A model generated the notes under the pieces. It ran no database searches. It had not been told where the DNA came from and saw only the letters and a program-made list of their open reading frames with translations. Below are positions 15,134-24,800 of a DNA stretch of 64,000 nt, in pieces. A program made the position numbers and the translations under genes. The number at the start of each line of letters is the position of its first letter. Positions within the stretch are counted from its first letter, which is position 1. Source of the DNA: Aplysia californica (Eukaryota); NCBI RefSeq assembly GCF_000002075.1, contig NW_004797299.1:1723987-1787986 (forward strand), written 5' to 3'.

Positions 15134-17116
15134 GGGGGGGGGGTGAGGCGAAGGAAGAAGACAGAAGAGAGAGGGAGAGAAGGGGGGGGGGATTGTGGTG
15201 AGTCTTGAGAATATTATTATAATGTTATGTGCAAATATTTTATAATTATAGCAGTAGTATGTGGTCGATTTCATCTTTGGGAGGACTAAGAGGGGGGTTC
15301 AATAAGTCTTTGGTCTGGGTATGAAGGAATCATGGTAGAGAAATGAAATTTTGCGACCCCTTAGGCAATTTCTTTGGAACGCACCATGCAAATTTTCGAG
15401 AAAATCTGACAATGATAAGACACTAGTCAGCGTGTTCAATGACATCATGCACCAAAAAATTGTTTTTCTTTGCTGAAGCTGTACCATGGAGCCTGTCGAA
15501 TTATATCGCTCAGTTATGAAGTTTTTACTCTTGCAAGGATCCCCTTTGGACATTTTTCAGGAAATGGTCCAGGTTTATGTTAACAAATGTCCTCGTTATA
15601 ATACTGAGACATACAAGGTGAGAAAATTCAAATCTGAATTCATGTCGGTGATGGATGAAGATCGTGAAGGGTGCCCATCCTTTGTGGTAACTGAAGATAA
15701 TGTATCCGTAGTGAAGAAACTGGTTCTACGAGGCTGACGTATAACTGATAAACAGTTCTCAAGTGAAAGGACAATCAGTGTAGGGTCAATTGAAACGATT
15801 CTCCCTGGCCATCTTAACATGAATATAAGGTGTCAGCGAGGAGGGTACCCCGCCTTTTGACAAGTGAGCAAAAGAAGCAGAGGGTTGAGTCCTGCAAAAC
15901 TCTCCTTCGAAATGAGTCCAAGGACACAAATTTCTTTAAAAAACATGATGACTATCTAAGGATGAAATTGGATTTTTCATTTTGATCCAGAACACAAAAT
16001 GCCCTCCATGAAATGGAAAACCCCTTCTTCTCCCTCACCAAAGAAGGCAAAGGTAACACCGTCATTAAGTGGAAAGGCCATGCTGTCTTGTTTCTGGAAT
16101 TGTGAAGGTATCATCGTGACTGACTACCTGGAAAATAGAAACACAGTCACGGGAGACTACTACTTGAGTTTGCTGATACAATTGCGGTCTGAATTGGTGA
16201 GAAAAGACATGGAAAACTCAGTAATGGGGTCCTCCTACTGCATGACAAAGTCCCTGCACACAGGGCAAAAACAAGCAGTTCAGACAGCAGAACAGTGCGG
16301 CTTTGAAATCTTGCCTCACCCAGCTTATTCACCAGACCTAGCCCCTCTGACTTTTTTCTGTTTCGTAATCTTAAAAAATCGCTCAAAGAATGTCGTTTCC
16401 ATGACAACGAGGGCGCCATTGAAGCTTTTAAAGACTGGTTAGGGACCCACTCTGGGTCATTTTTCTCTCAAGGACTGTTGAAGGTCAAAGGGAGGTGGCA
16501 GAAATGTGTTACTCTGCATGGTGGCTATGTAAAGAAATAAAAGTATGTGTGCCAAGTTTCAAAGCTCTACCTTAATTCCTTCATATTTAGACTAAAGACT
16601 TCTTGAACCCCCCCCCCCCCCCCCTCGTAATAAAGTATATCACACCTATCTCACATATTACGGTATTGCGATTTACCAACGGTCGTATACGTGTAGATCT
16701 CCTGTATAGTTGTAAGCTAGACAATCCATCCTCGGTTATACACTAAACAAGCCCTTGTCAGTTTTATAAATAAGTCTCAGCACAAATTATTCCGTGTTAT
16801 GTCTTTTATAAAAATCGATACTATGAAAATAATAGAATAATAGCGGTTTCTTTTTCTCTACTTCATTTCAGTTTTTCTCACTTCTGTTTCAGCCCAGGTC
16901 ATCTGGATGGGTGCCACGGATCATGTCAAAAGAAATCACTATGTGTGGCCAAGTGGAGAACCTGTGGACCGGTCGATGTTTGGTAAAAATGAACCTAATG
17001 GGGTTGATGAAAGATGTCTTGTATTGTTCTCAACTTCTCGGCAGTTGTCAGACTATCCTTGTGAAAGAAAAGTAGATGACGCATTTAATATAGTTTGTGC
17101 TATTGTGCTGATCTAG
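835..17116 (+). CDS. Secreted PAN/apple-domain + C-type lectin protein, 3 exons, 251 aa
   Basis: Exons are 835-1185, 9060-9240 and 16893-17116. Exon 1 encodes a signal peptide (PLPLTLTLLAFLHLSSVDA) and PAN-like Cys spacing (CATLCREDC...LC), with donor CAG|GTAGT in phase 0. Exon 2 has acceptor CCAG|, encodes AQTVCQKMGGQL, and has donor G|GTGAGT in phase 1. Exon 3 has acceptor TTTCAG| and encodes WMGATD, EPN, ERCL, LSDYPC, IVC, then TAG. Phases match and total length is 756 nt. AATAAA lies at 17188-17193. Confidence 0.85.
1711..3580 (-). mobile_element. Decayed DD41D/rosa-type Tc1-mariner element, interrupted by a Tc1 insertion
   Basis: Terminus TA|CAGGGTGATTCAAA at 1709-1724. Minus-strand remnants: YLDMLQNWLF...NFIFHQNEALPH (3460-3555), RSPDLTVCDF.LWG (2005-2052) and GQFEHL* (~1818-1838). 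The second terminus was not found. Confidence 0.7.
2132..3451 (-). mobile_element. Tc1-like DNA transposon with pseudogenised transposase
   Basis: TIRs TACTGAACACCAAAAGAAACGCAAGT (2132-) and its reverse complement (-3451), with TA TSDs at 2130-31 and 3452-53. ORF pieces are an HTH (MPRLSAAGREGAIGRLQAG, 2964-3206) and catalytic motifs (WRNILFSNESRF...FQHDNA, 2382-2831). It is frameshifted and C-terminally deleted. Confidence 0.9.
4231..5024. mobile_element. pogo/Tigger-type MITE
   Basis: TA|CAGTCCGTGCCGGCTTTAAGCACG ... CGTGCTTATAGCCGGCATGGACTG|TA, with the AAGCACG motif reiterated subterminally and no coding capacity. Confidence 0.8.
5120..5279. other. Assembly gap (N run)
   Basis: 160 N. 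Confidence 1.
5602..6099. mobile_element. MITE with ~31-bp TIRs and 5-bp TSD
   Basis: CCAAAGATAGTACATAACAAGATGGGCCACT versus reverse complement CCAAAGATAGTAAATAAGAAGATGGGCCACT, flanked by TTTCA at 5597-5601 and 6100-6104. Confidence 0.75.
6232..6964. mobile_element. Possible TTAA-flanked non-autonomous DNA element (Kolobok-like)
   Basis: TTAA-GCCATCTGC (6228-6240) and GCAGATGGCC-TTAA (6955-6968). The inverted termini are short. Confidence 0.4.
7011..7540 (+). mobile_element. Full-length tRNA-derived SINE (family A) with LINE-derived 3' tail
   Basis: A box TGGCCTAGAGG, B box GGTTCGAATCC, CT-rich body, 3' hairpin GCGCTC...GAGCGC and an A-rich tail. The 12-bp TSD is TGATATAGCTAC (6999-7010) / TGACATAGCTAC (7541-7552). 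Confidence 0.9.
9500..11100 (+). mobile_element. Degraded RTE-clade LINE: RT fragment 9500-10080 and 3' end 10915-11100, separated by unrelated DNA
   Basis: Encodes WQKAIVAPLWKKKG, MYAKILEQR and QFGLQKGRGCTDAVF. The 3' end CATCTCCCCTCGACGCTTAATGGCAACAGAGGATG plus (AAGTA)n tail matches the copy at 26641-27626. Confidence 0.85.
11148..11845. mobile_element. Tc1/mariner-type MITE with long imperfect TIRs
   Basis: TA-flanked. TGGCGCAACTTAT appears at 11166 and inverted at ~11813-11825. An inner inverted pair TATCAATTTGTCTTAAC / GTTAAGACAAATTGATA is also present. Confidence 0.6.
11969..12800. mobile_element. hAT-type MITE, copy 1
   Basis: TIR CAGTGGCGGTGGGT...ACCCACCGCCACTG, with a perfect 8-bp TSD GTGAAAGA (11961-68 and 12801-08). 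Confidence 0.9.
13722..14125. repeat. Fold-back (palindromic) MITE-like element containing (TA)n
   Basis: Ends GGGGTA...TACCCC. Internal inverted pair CTGTAATCCTAAATGGG / CCCATTTAGGATCACAG. Confidence 0.5.
14340..14842 (+). mobile_element. 3' fragment of an RTE-clade LINE (second family)
   Basis: Degenerate YGSEMW, RRW..LGHVL and VARNRQAWRRLLSALCA*, followed by a (TAAG)n-like tail. Confidence 0.7.
15060..15130. repeat. (GA)n microsatellite
   Basis: Read directly from the sequence. Confidence 0.95.
15289..16627 (+). mobile_element. Full-length mariner (irritans/Hsmar2-like) with pseudogenised transposase
   Basis: TIRs GAGGGGGGTTCAA(T/G)AAGTCTTT, with TA TSDs at 15287-88 and 16628-29. Transposase remnants span 15486-16540: ARRVPRLLT (WVPR-like), D..WIFHFDP, LLHDKVPAH and PHPAYSPDLAP. 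Multiple stops and frameshifts. Confidence 0.92.
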
Positions 17117-17428
17117 AGTCACGTTTCAAGATATTGAACTTTGAACCCTTTCTATCAAATTTCACAAAAAGAATACATGTACTTCTAAATAAATGCAATT
17201 TTGAAAGCAGGGCACTTAGTGAAAAAAAAGGAGGAAAGGGGGAGAACAATCCTGGAGAAATCTTTAAACGCTTCTAAATTCCTTCGTGTTAACAAGATCT
17301 GCTGGAATTTTAATTCTAGGCGTGTTGTTGAGTGAAGTGAAATGCATAGAATATAGAGGCAAAAAATCGGGATTTGAAATCCATTCGTGTAGGAATTTCG
17401 TACCGTATTAAACAACTTACTTTACTTA

Positions 17429-20400
17429 CTCTCGAAGTCCAACCCCTCGTCCACGCCGTGGGAGATGGAAACAGGACAAAGTAGGGGATAGCTGGGTCTG
17501 GGTGAAGTACGGTGTGACTTTATGTCACTGAGGCGTTACGCTAGCCGTGAAGGCCGACCCGGGTCACCCCGAAACGTTGCTGGCCAACGGGGCTCTGGTG
17601 AAACTGCGACTGGCTTAGCAGGCCGGCAGTGGATATAAACATTGCTCAAGAAAACATAAGGAGACACAAACGGACTGATCAAAATGGAAAACGACCTGGC
17701 GAGAAAAATGGACAACGATCAAGAAAAAATGAAAAAATAGGGACCTGGAACATTTGCAGCTTGACAAATAAAGAACCTGAGATAGTGGAGTTCATGACCC
17801 AGAACAAGATCTCCATCATGGGCATTACAGACATCAGGAAAAAAGGGACAGGCACAAAAGATATCCACTCTAACTTTGTCCTCATTTGGAGTGGGGTAAG
17901 AAAAGAACAAAGAGCTGAACACGGTGTGGGTTTCATCGTACACCCTGACAAAGCAAAGGAAATATTGAATACGGACTTCATTTCTGAAAGACTCATCAAA
18001 ATCAGCATTAGAGAGGGCAAAAAGACCACAAACTACATCCAGGTGTATGCACCGTGTAATGACTCCTACTCAGACGAAGAAAAGGACTCTTTCTTCGAAC
18101 AACTCTCGGACTTAATTAGCAACATCCCAGACGAGAAAGACCTTTATGTAATGGGAGACTTCAACGGAAGAGTCGGAGAGAGAAGAACACCGTGGACAAA
18201 ACACCTGGGTCCACACAGTGACCACAGAACACCATGCAATTATAACGGCAACCATGTACTGAAACTGTGTGCAGAGCACGACTTATTCATCACCAACACC
18301 CTCTTCCAGCACAGAGCCTCTCAGATCTACACCTGGTACAGATGGAACAACATCATGGTCTCATCACAGATCGACTTCATATTAACGATAACACGAATGC
18401 GGATCACAATCACAGACTCAAGAGCCATCCCCAATGCAGGCCTGGACACAGACCACACGCCAATCATCACAACGTTGACCACCAAGAAAGAAAGAAAACC
18501 AAAAAAACATAAAAGACAGCAAGAGAGACTAAATATGCATAAACTTGGAGATGATCAGGTGCAGGCTCAGATCAGAAGCACGTTAAATGAAAAACTAGGC
18601 TCTATCAACTCTACAATACTAACCGTAGAGGAAGCTTGGGATACCTTCAAAACAACTCTCCTGGACACAATGAAAGAAGTCTGTGGTTCCAAGAAAACAA
18701 GAGGAAAACACAGAAAAGCATCAGCCTGGTGGAACGAAGAGGTTAAAGATGCTATCAAGGAAAAAAAGAGACTGTATAATATATGGGTCAAGTCAAAAAA
18801 CGAAGAGGACTACATTAAATATAGACTTGCAAGAAGACACAGTAAGAAAGTCGTTATAACATCAAAAGAAAAGTCATGGACCCAGTATGGCGAAAAACTA
18901 AGTGAAACCTGCAAGACCTCACCAAGAGAGTTCTACGAGAAGGTCAAGACAATGAGAACGAGAGACGAACCCTATGTACCCACGACTGTCATCAACGATA
19001 CTAATGGAGAAGCTCTGCACGAAGAGAAAGAAATAATAAAAAGATGGGAAGAATATTTTCAAGAACTACTAAACCCATCAGGAGTACAGGCACAAAACAC
19101 ACAGTGCCCATTCACCGCCAACTACCCTGAGCACTCAGAACCTACCATCCTGGAGAGTGAAGTGAGAGAAGCACTGAAAACTAGTCCAAAGAACAAGGCA
19201 GCTGGAGACGATGGCATCACAACCGAAGCCATCCTTGCATGCGGCGAAACCGGAATACATTGGCTTACAATCATCTCCCAAAAAGCATGGAAAGAAAGAA
19301 AAGTGCCAGCAGACTGGCAAAATGCAATAGTGGTGCCAATATGCAAGAAAAAGGGCAGCAAGAAAGACTGCAACATCTATAGAGGCATATCTCTTCTCAG
19401 CCATGTGGGGAAAATGTATGCAAAAATCCTAGAGCGACGTACTCGCGCAAAAACCGAACATCTTCTCAGTGACGCCCAATTTGGCTTTAGAAAAGGAAGA
19501 GGGTGCACTGATGCAATCTTCGCACTCCGACAACTGTGTGAGAGGGCTTTGGAATACGACAAAGATCTCCACCTCGTATTTGTGGATCAAGAAAAAGCCT
19601 TTGATCGAGTAAATAGAAACAAGCTATGGAAGATCTTAGAGCAGTACGACATCAAGGGACAACTAGACTTTAACATCTAGGGCTATCTATGCCAACAGCA
19701 GAAGCGCTGTCCGAACTACCAGTGGAACATCGGACTGGTTTCCAGTAACATCCGGAGTGAGACAGGGCTGCAATCTCTCCCCTCTGCTCTTCGTGATCTA
19801 CATGGACCAGATAACAAAAGAGGCCAATCCAGACCCAGAGGCACTCAACGAACTCATGTTTGCAGATGACCTGGCAATGATTAACAACAAGACTCAGCTA
19901 CAGGAGCATATAAACCAACTAAATGCGAGCTGCGAAAAATATGACATGAAGATCAGTATAAGCAAGACCGAAGTCATGACAATTAGCAGGAGACCAGGTA
20001 AAGTGGATATCAACATCAATGGATCCCAACTAAAACAAAGCAGAGAATTCAAATACTTGGGCAGCATTTTCACAGAAAATGGAAAATTAGATCGAGAGAT
20101 AGAGACTAGATGCCAGAGAGCCAACGCAGTCAGCTACCAACTGGGCCCTCTCCTGAAACATCCCAATATCCCCATGAGCACCAAGGCGAAGTTCATCAAC
20201 GCCATTTTCCTTCCAACGCTCACATATCAGTGCCAGACATGGACTCTAACAAAAGCCCTAGACAGGAAACTGGTCACATGCGAGATGAAATGCTTAAGAA
20301 GAGCGGTCAACAAAACAAGAAGAGACAAAATTAAAAATGAAGTCATAAGGGACACCGTGGGAGCAACACCAGTCCTACCACACATTGAAAAACAACAGGT

Positions 20401-20652
20401 CAAGTGGTTCGGACACCTCACGCGGATGCCCTCAAATCATCCAGCTCTGAGAGCATACAACATTAAATATTCTGGATGAAGAGCCAGAGGAAGACCAAGG
20501 CGACGATGGAGTGAATCTGTGGCAGAAACCCTTAAAGATCATGAGATGTCCCTCCTACAGGCCACACGACTTGCTGCAGACAGACACCTGTGTCTCCCCG
20601 CGACACCCCAGGGTACAAGCGGAAGAAAAAAAAAAAGTAAAGTAAAGTAAGT
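17429..20652 (+). mobile_element. Near-intact full-length RTE-clade LINE (single APE+RT ORF)
   Basis: ORF 17629-19680 encodes APE (IGTWNI, VMGDFNG, SQIDFIL, TDH) and the RT N-terminus. A +1 frameshift at ~19678 leads into 19679-20479 (RQGCNLSPLLF, FADD). After a premature TGA at 20477-79 the frame continues RARGRPRRRW. The tail is A-rich then (AAGTA)n. Confidence 0.95.
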
Positions 20653-20777
20653 AATAGAAAAAGAACTATTGTAATGGATGGAGGGAATTAAAAGGCTAGT
20701 TTCCAGCCATGCTCACCTTTTGAGAAAGGTTCAAAATATATTATAATAATACTAGATTTTTTTTATTTTTAGGTACG

Positions 20778-20920
20778 GTAAGTGTTTTACGGCGCTCACA
20801 ACTGCATAAAGTCATATGAGCGCACGGAACACATTCATTAAACACGGCGGAAATTTTTAATTTTGCCCGGGTGGCGGCCGAAGCCTACTCTTGTCGATTT
20901 GGGACCAACAAGGGATCCCT
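20778..20920 (-). mobile_element. 3' fragment of SINE family A
   Basis: Reverse complement matches 7380-7520 (AAGAGTAGGCTTCGGCCGCCACCCGGGCAAAA...GCGCTCATATGAC...GAGCGCCGTAAAAC). Confidence 0.85.
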
Positions 20921-20970
20921 ACATTAAAAACACTCAGATGAAAAGACACACAAAATGGTTCAATAGATCA

Positions 20971-21015
<45 letters not shown>

Positions 21016-21412
21016 GATACACAGATCGATAGAGACAGATCACACAGATGATAGACAGAGACAAACAGATAGACAGGCAGATAGACAGACAGATGGATAG
21101 AATATTTCATAATTCATTTAATTGGATCATAGTAGCTTTATTAATCACTTTCAGTTTGTTTTTATACAACGGTCGCTCATCACACAGTTACGCAACATGG
21201 TTGTTCTAAAATCCCTTAAAAAGCAAGATAACCAGACTTAGATACACATAATTGTTTTCTTTGAGTGTATTGTACTATACAAAAATCGATTTGGGACCAA
21301 CAAGGGATCCCTACATAACATTAAAAACACTCAGAAGGAAAGACACACAAAATGGTTCAACAGATCAATAGATCAATAGATCGATAGATAGGTAGATGGG
21401 TAGATAGATAGT

Positions 21413-21467
<55 letters not shown>

Positions 21468-21637
21468 TATAGTATAGGGTTTTACACATAGATAGACAGA
21501 TCGATAGAGACAGAGATCACACAGATGATAGACAGTTACGCAACATGGTTATTCTAAGAACCTTTAAAAAGCAAGACAATCAGACTTAGATCTACACATT
21601 TATAATTGTTTTCTCTGAGTGTATTGTACTATACAAA
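20895..21637. repeat. Tandem duplication of a ~350-390 bp unit containing (GATA)n
   Basis: Units start TCGATTTGGGACCAACAAGGGATCCCTACAT at 20895 and 21287, and both end GAGTGTATTGTACTATACAAA. Confidence 0.9.
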
Positions 21638-21843
21638 TTGTGATTTATCATGATAAAGGGGTTTGCTTGGAGATTAGGGATGTCTTCAGTGAAGTGTTAG
21701 TGTGGTCAGCTCTGAACACTAAGGACACATGGTTCAGATTCGAGTCTAAATTTTAAAATATGCACACTTGCATTAATTCTATTTTTGGTTGAAAGTTCAC
21801 TGTTCTCAATAGGGCTACCAAAATAATCGGTGACCCAAACTGA

Positions 21844-24800
21844 TCAAGAAATTGCGGCATCGTCCCCATTTTGCTCTTCTTTGGGCTCCACGGGACGTAA
21901 CAAAGTTGAGTGCCAGCCTCGCATGCAAACAATTCCTTTGTCCTGAACTTCCTTTCTCCCTTTGCTTGAGATCACATTTCCATTTGGCTGAATCACCACA
22001 AGCTTTGGAATAACACTTATGGAATACTTTTCAGCAAGAAGTCTGAAACATAACAATGTTGAAACATAAATTACTTATTTTACGAGAACAAGTTGGACAA
22101 ACATTAATGTTTTATCAGTTATATCATTACATAGAAAATAATTAACGTTTTAAATTAATTAATGTGAAACACTGTATGAATTTTATTCATGTGATTAAAA
22201 CCTAGGGAAGTTTGAAAAGGCCAATTAAGTAACTGTCTGCGATGACAAGTAGTGATAGGAGTAGTCTCTAATCTTCCCAAAGAATATCAAAATTTTAATT
22301 GGAATCTTTTCTAGAATTGAATAGGTACTAGTACCTAGTTTTCCATTTTATCTCAACCGTCTTTAAGTGTCTTTAATTGATTTGATATCCATATATTCCA
22401 GTAACACATGTTGATGTCCATTGTTAACAACCATATTTATGATACTATAAAATAAACACAATGAATAGGGTACTGTCCAAAACCACTTTAATTATAATTT
22501 CGTCAGTTGTGGATTTTGAAATATTTTATATTTAGTAGTAAAATTTGGGGGGTTTTTGTCATTATGTAATTGAAAGAGTCTGATTTTAAACAAATTGTTC
22601 ATTTGTTTTGTTGTCAAAGTTGGAGCAAAAGAGACACTCTAGCCCTGCACATTTTGAAAAGGTTTTTAAAAAATCATGCAGACTAAAACATTTACAGTCA
22701 ATCAAAATTTGCTAAACACATTTCAACAAACTGAGCAAAAAATAAAACATTGGCATTGGTTCTTACTCCTTAAAATTGTCTCCAAACTGAAGGGCCAGCC
22801 ATTCTCCATGGCTATTCTTGTAGTATTCCAGCATGTCTTTCTCCGTCTTGTCAAAGCTAATGAACACAATTTCTATTGGCTCTTTGCGGCGGCGTAGTTC
22901 TGCGAAGACATCTCGAAGCATATGGATAAAATGCTGACAAGGTGCACACCACAAAGCAGAAAAGAACAAACAAACAACCTGTAAAAATACAGAATGAAAC
23001 ATAAATATTCCACCAGACCTAAATTTTATTCCTTTTGTTAATTGGCCCTTTACACAAGCCCTAATGATTTTATTACAAACATTTTGGCTCACTATATCAT
23101 CGGTCTGTGACGCTGCTCGCAATCACCTCTCAGACCCAAGGAGGTAAAAATAGAGTCAAAATGATCAAAAACGACCATCTAATGTGAAGGAGAAAAGTGA
23201 GTTTTGGGGTTGTTTGTGTATGTGTATAATATGTGTATAATATGTGTATAATATGTGTGTGTGTATGTGTGAGTGTGTCCGTGTGTGTCTACATAGCAGT
23301 GCCTGTCTCGGTCGNNNNNNNNNNNNNNNNNNNNNNNNNNNNNNNNNNNNNNNNNNNNNNNNNNNNNNNNNNNNNNNNNNNNNNNNNNNNNNNNNNNNNN
23401 NNNNNNNNNNNNNNNNNNNNNNNNNNNNNNNNNNNNNNNNNNNNNNNNNTATTTCCATCGCTGTGTGTCAAACCGTGTGTGTTTGTCTATGTTTGTCTCT
23501 TCATAAGTGTTTCAGCATTTGTCAGCTATGTAGGCTATATATCTCAATATGTTTCCATCGATGCAGGTCTGTTGGTGTTTGAGTGGTTGAAAAAAATGCC
23601 AGGGAAATGGGGTGGTGGAGGGGGTGAAGAAGTAAAATTTTAAAAGGCAAGGGATAAAACTAAAAAAAGGCCACCACCACTAGGGGAATAAGAACATTTC
23701 TGTCACAAGTTCAGTTGATGTCCATTGTTAACAACTAGAAAAACAGAATGGCCACTATAAATCTCCCCTCGATATTATGATTACTGTAAGGTCAGTGGGT
23801 GGTTCATTTGTGGGAGGGGCTAATGAATTATTATAGTTAACACGCCTCCCTCATCTGCAGCTGAAAATTGTGAGTCATCATGGTGAAATCAGGCACTTGT
23901 CAAAATAATAAAATTGAAGAAATCTGCATTTTTTAGCCTGTATGGCAATTTTTACAAAATGTTTGTTTTTTCGCTCATTTTTTAAATGTACCAATTAAAA
24001 CACATTTCTGTGTGGATTTTACCGCTAGAGCTAAACATTGCTTAGAGGCACAAAAATTGTAAATTAGAAATTTCCAGGGACTCTCAAGCTTTAGAAGTCA
24101 ATAAACTTTAGCAGCCATTTTCTCACTAATAATTTTACTGCTGAAACAAGGCAACCCCCACCTCCTTCAATTGCAAATATATCTCTTCTTGTATTCAACA
24201 TAGGTAGTTATTTTTTTCATGGAAAGCAAAGAGAAATATATAATTACTGCTTATTCTAAGATTAAGATTATACCAATATTTCCATATATGCCCAAAAGTG
24301 AACGAGCGTTTGATTCCACCGTGTCATGGCACAATTTGTAAAACAAACTTCAGCATAGGTAAACAGAGGGAAGAACCAGTAACCTCCCCCCCCCCCTCAT
24401 ACCACCCCCCTCCCCCCCCCCTCCTTTCCACAACATTCTGGCCTGTGGGAGGATCATTAGAAAGAGGGGGTAACAATAAAGACAGGTGAATGAATTATGA
24501 TGACTCGGCTCACAGTGGTAGTGCCGATATATAATTTATGGCAACGCGTCTGGCAATGAGAGATGGAGAACAAAATTTTGGGACTGTCCATTGATAAAAT
24601 TTAGCTGTTTCGACTGCTTTTGACAACGGTTGTCACCTTTGGCAGCACCATTATTTTAAAAAAGACGTGGGAGAAAGTGGGAAGTGGTTGTTCGTAAGAT
24701 GATTGTCTTGGACAGGTAGCTATCAAGTTTGTATACACACACTACTGGAGTGGGTGGTTGGCGGGTGCTCTGGTGTGGTTTAGCTCCTTCTTTCTTATCA

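Noticed and set aside
15002-15274. Low-complexity ORFs (ERER/SLSL; also 43828-44079, 59385-59711) and ORFs spanning N gaps
   Set aside because: These are translation artefacts of microsatellites and gaps.
17528-17576. Hammerhead ribozyme (CTGAGGC...CGAAAC) in the RTE 5' UTR
   Set aside because: The core deviates from CUGANGA and convincing stems I and III could not be built.
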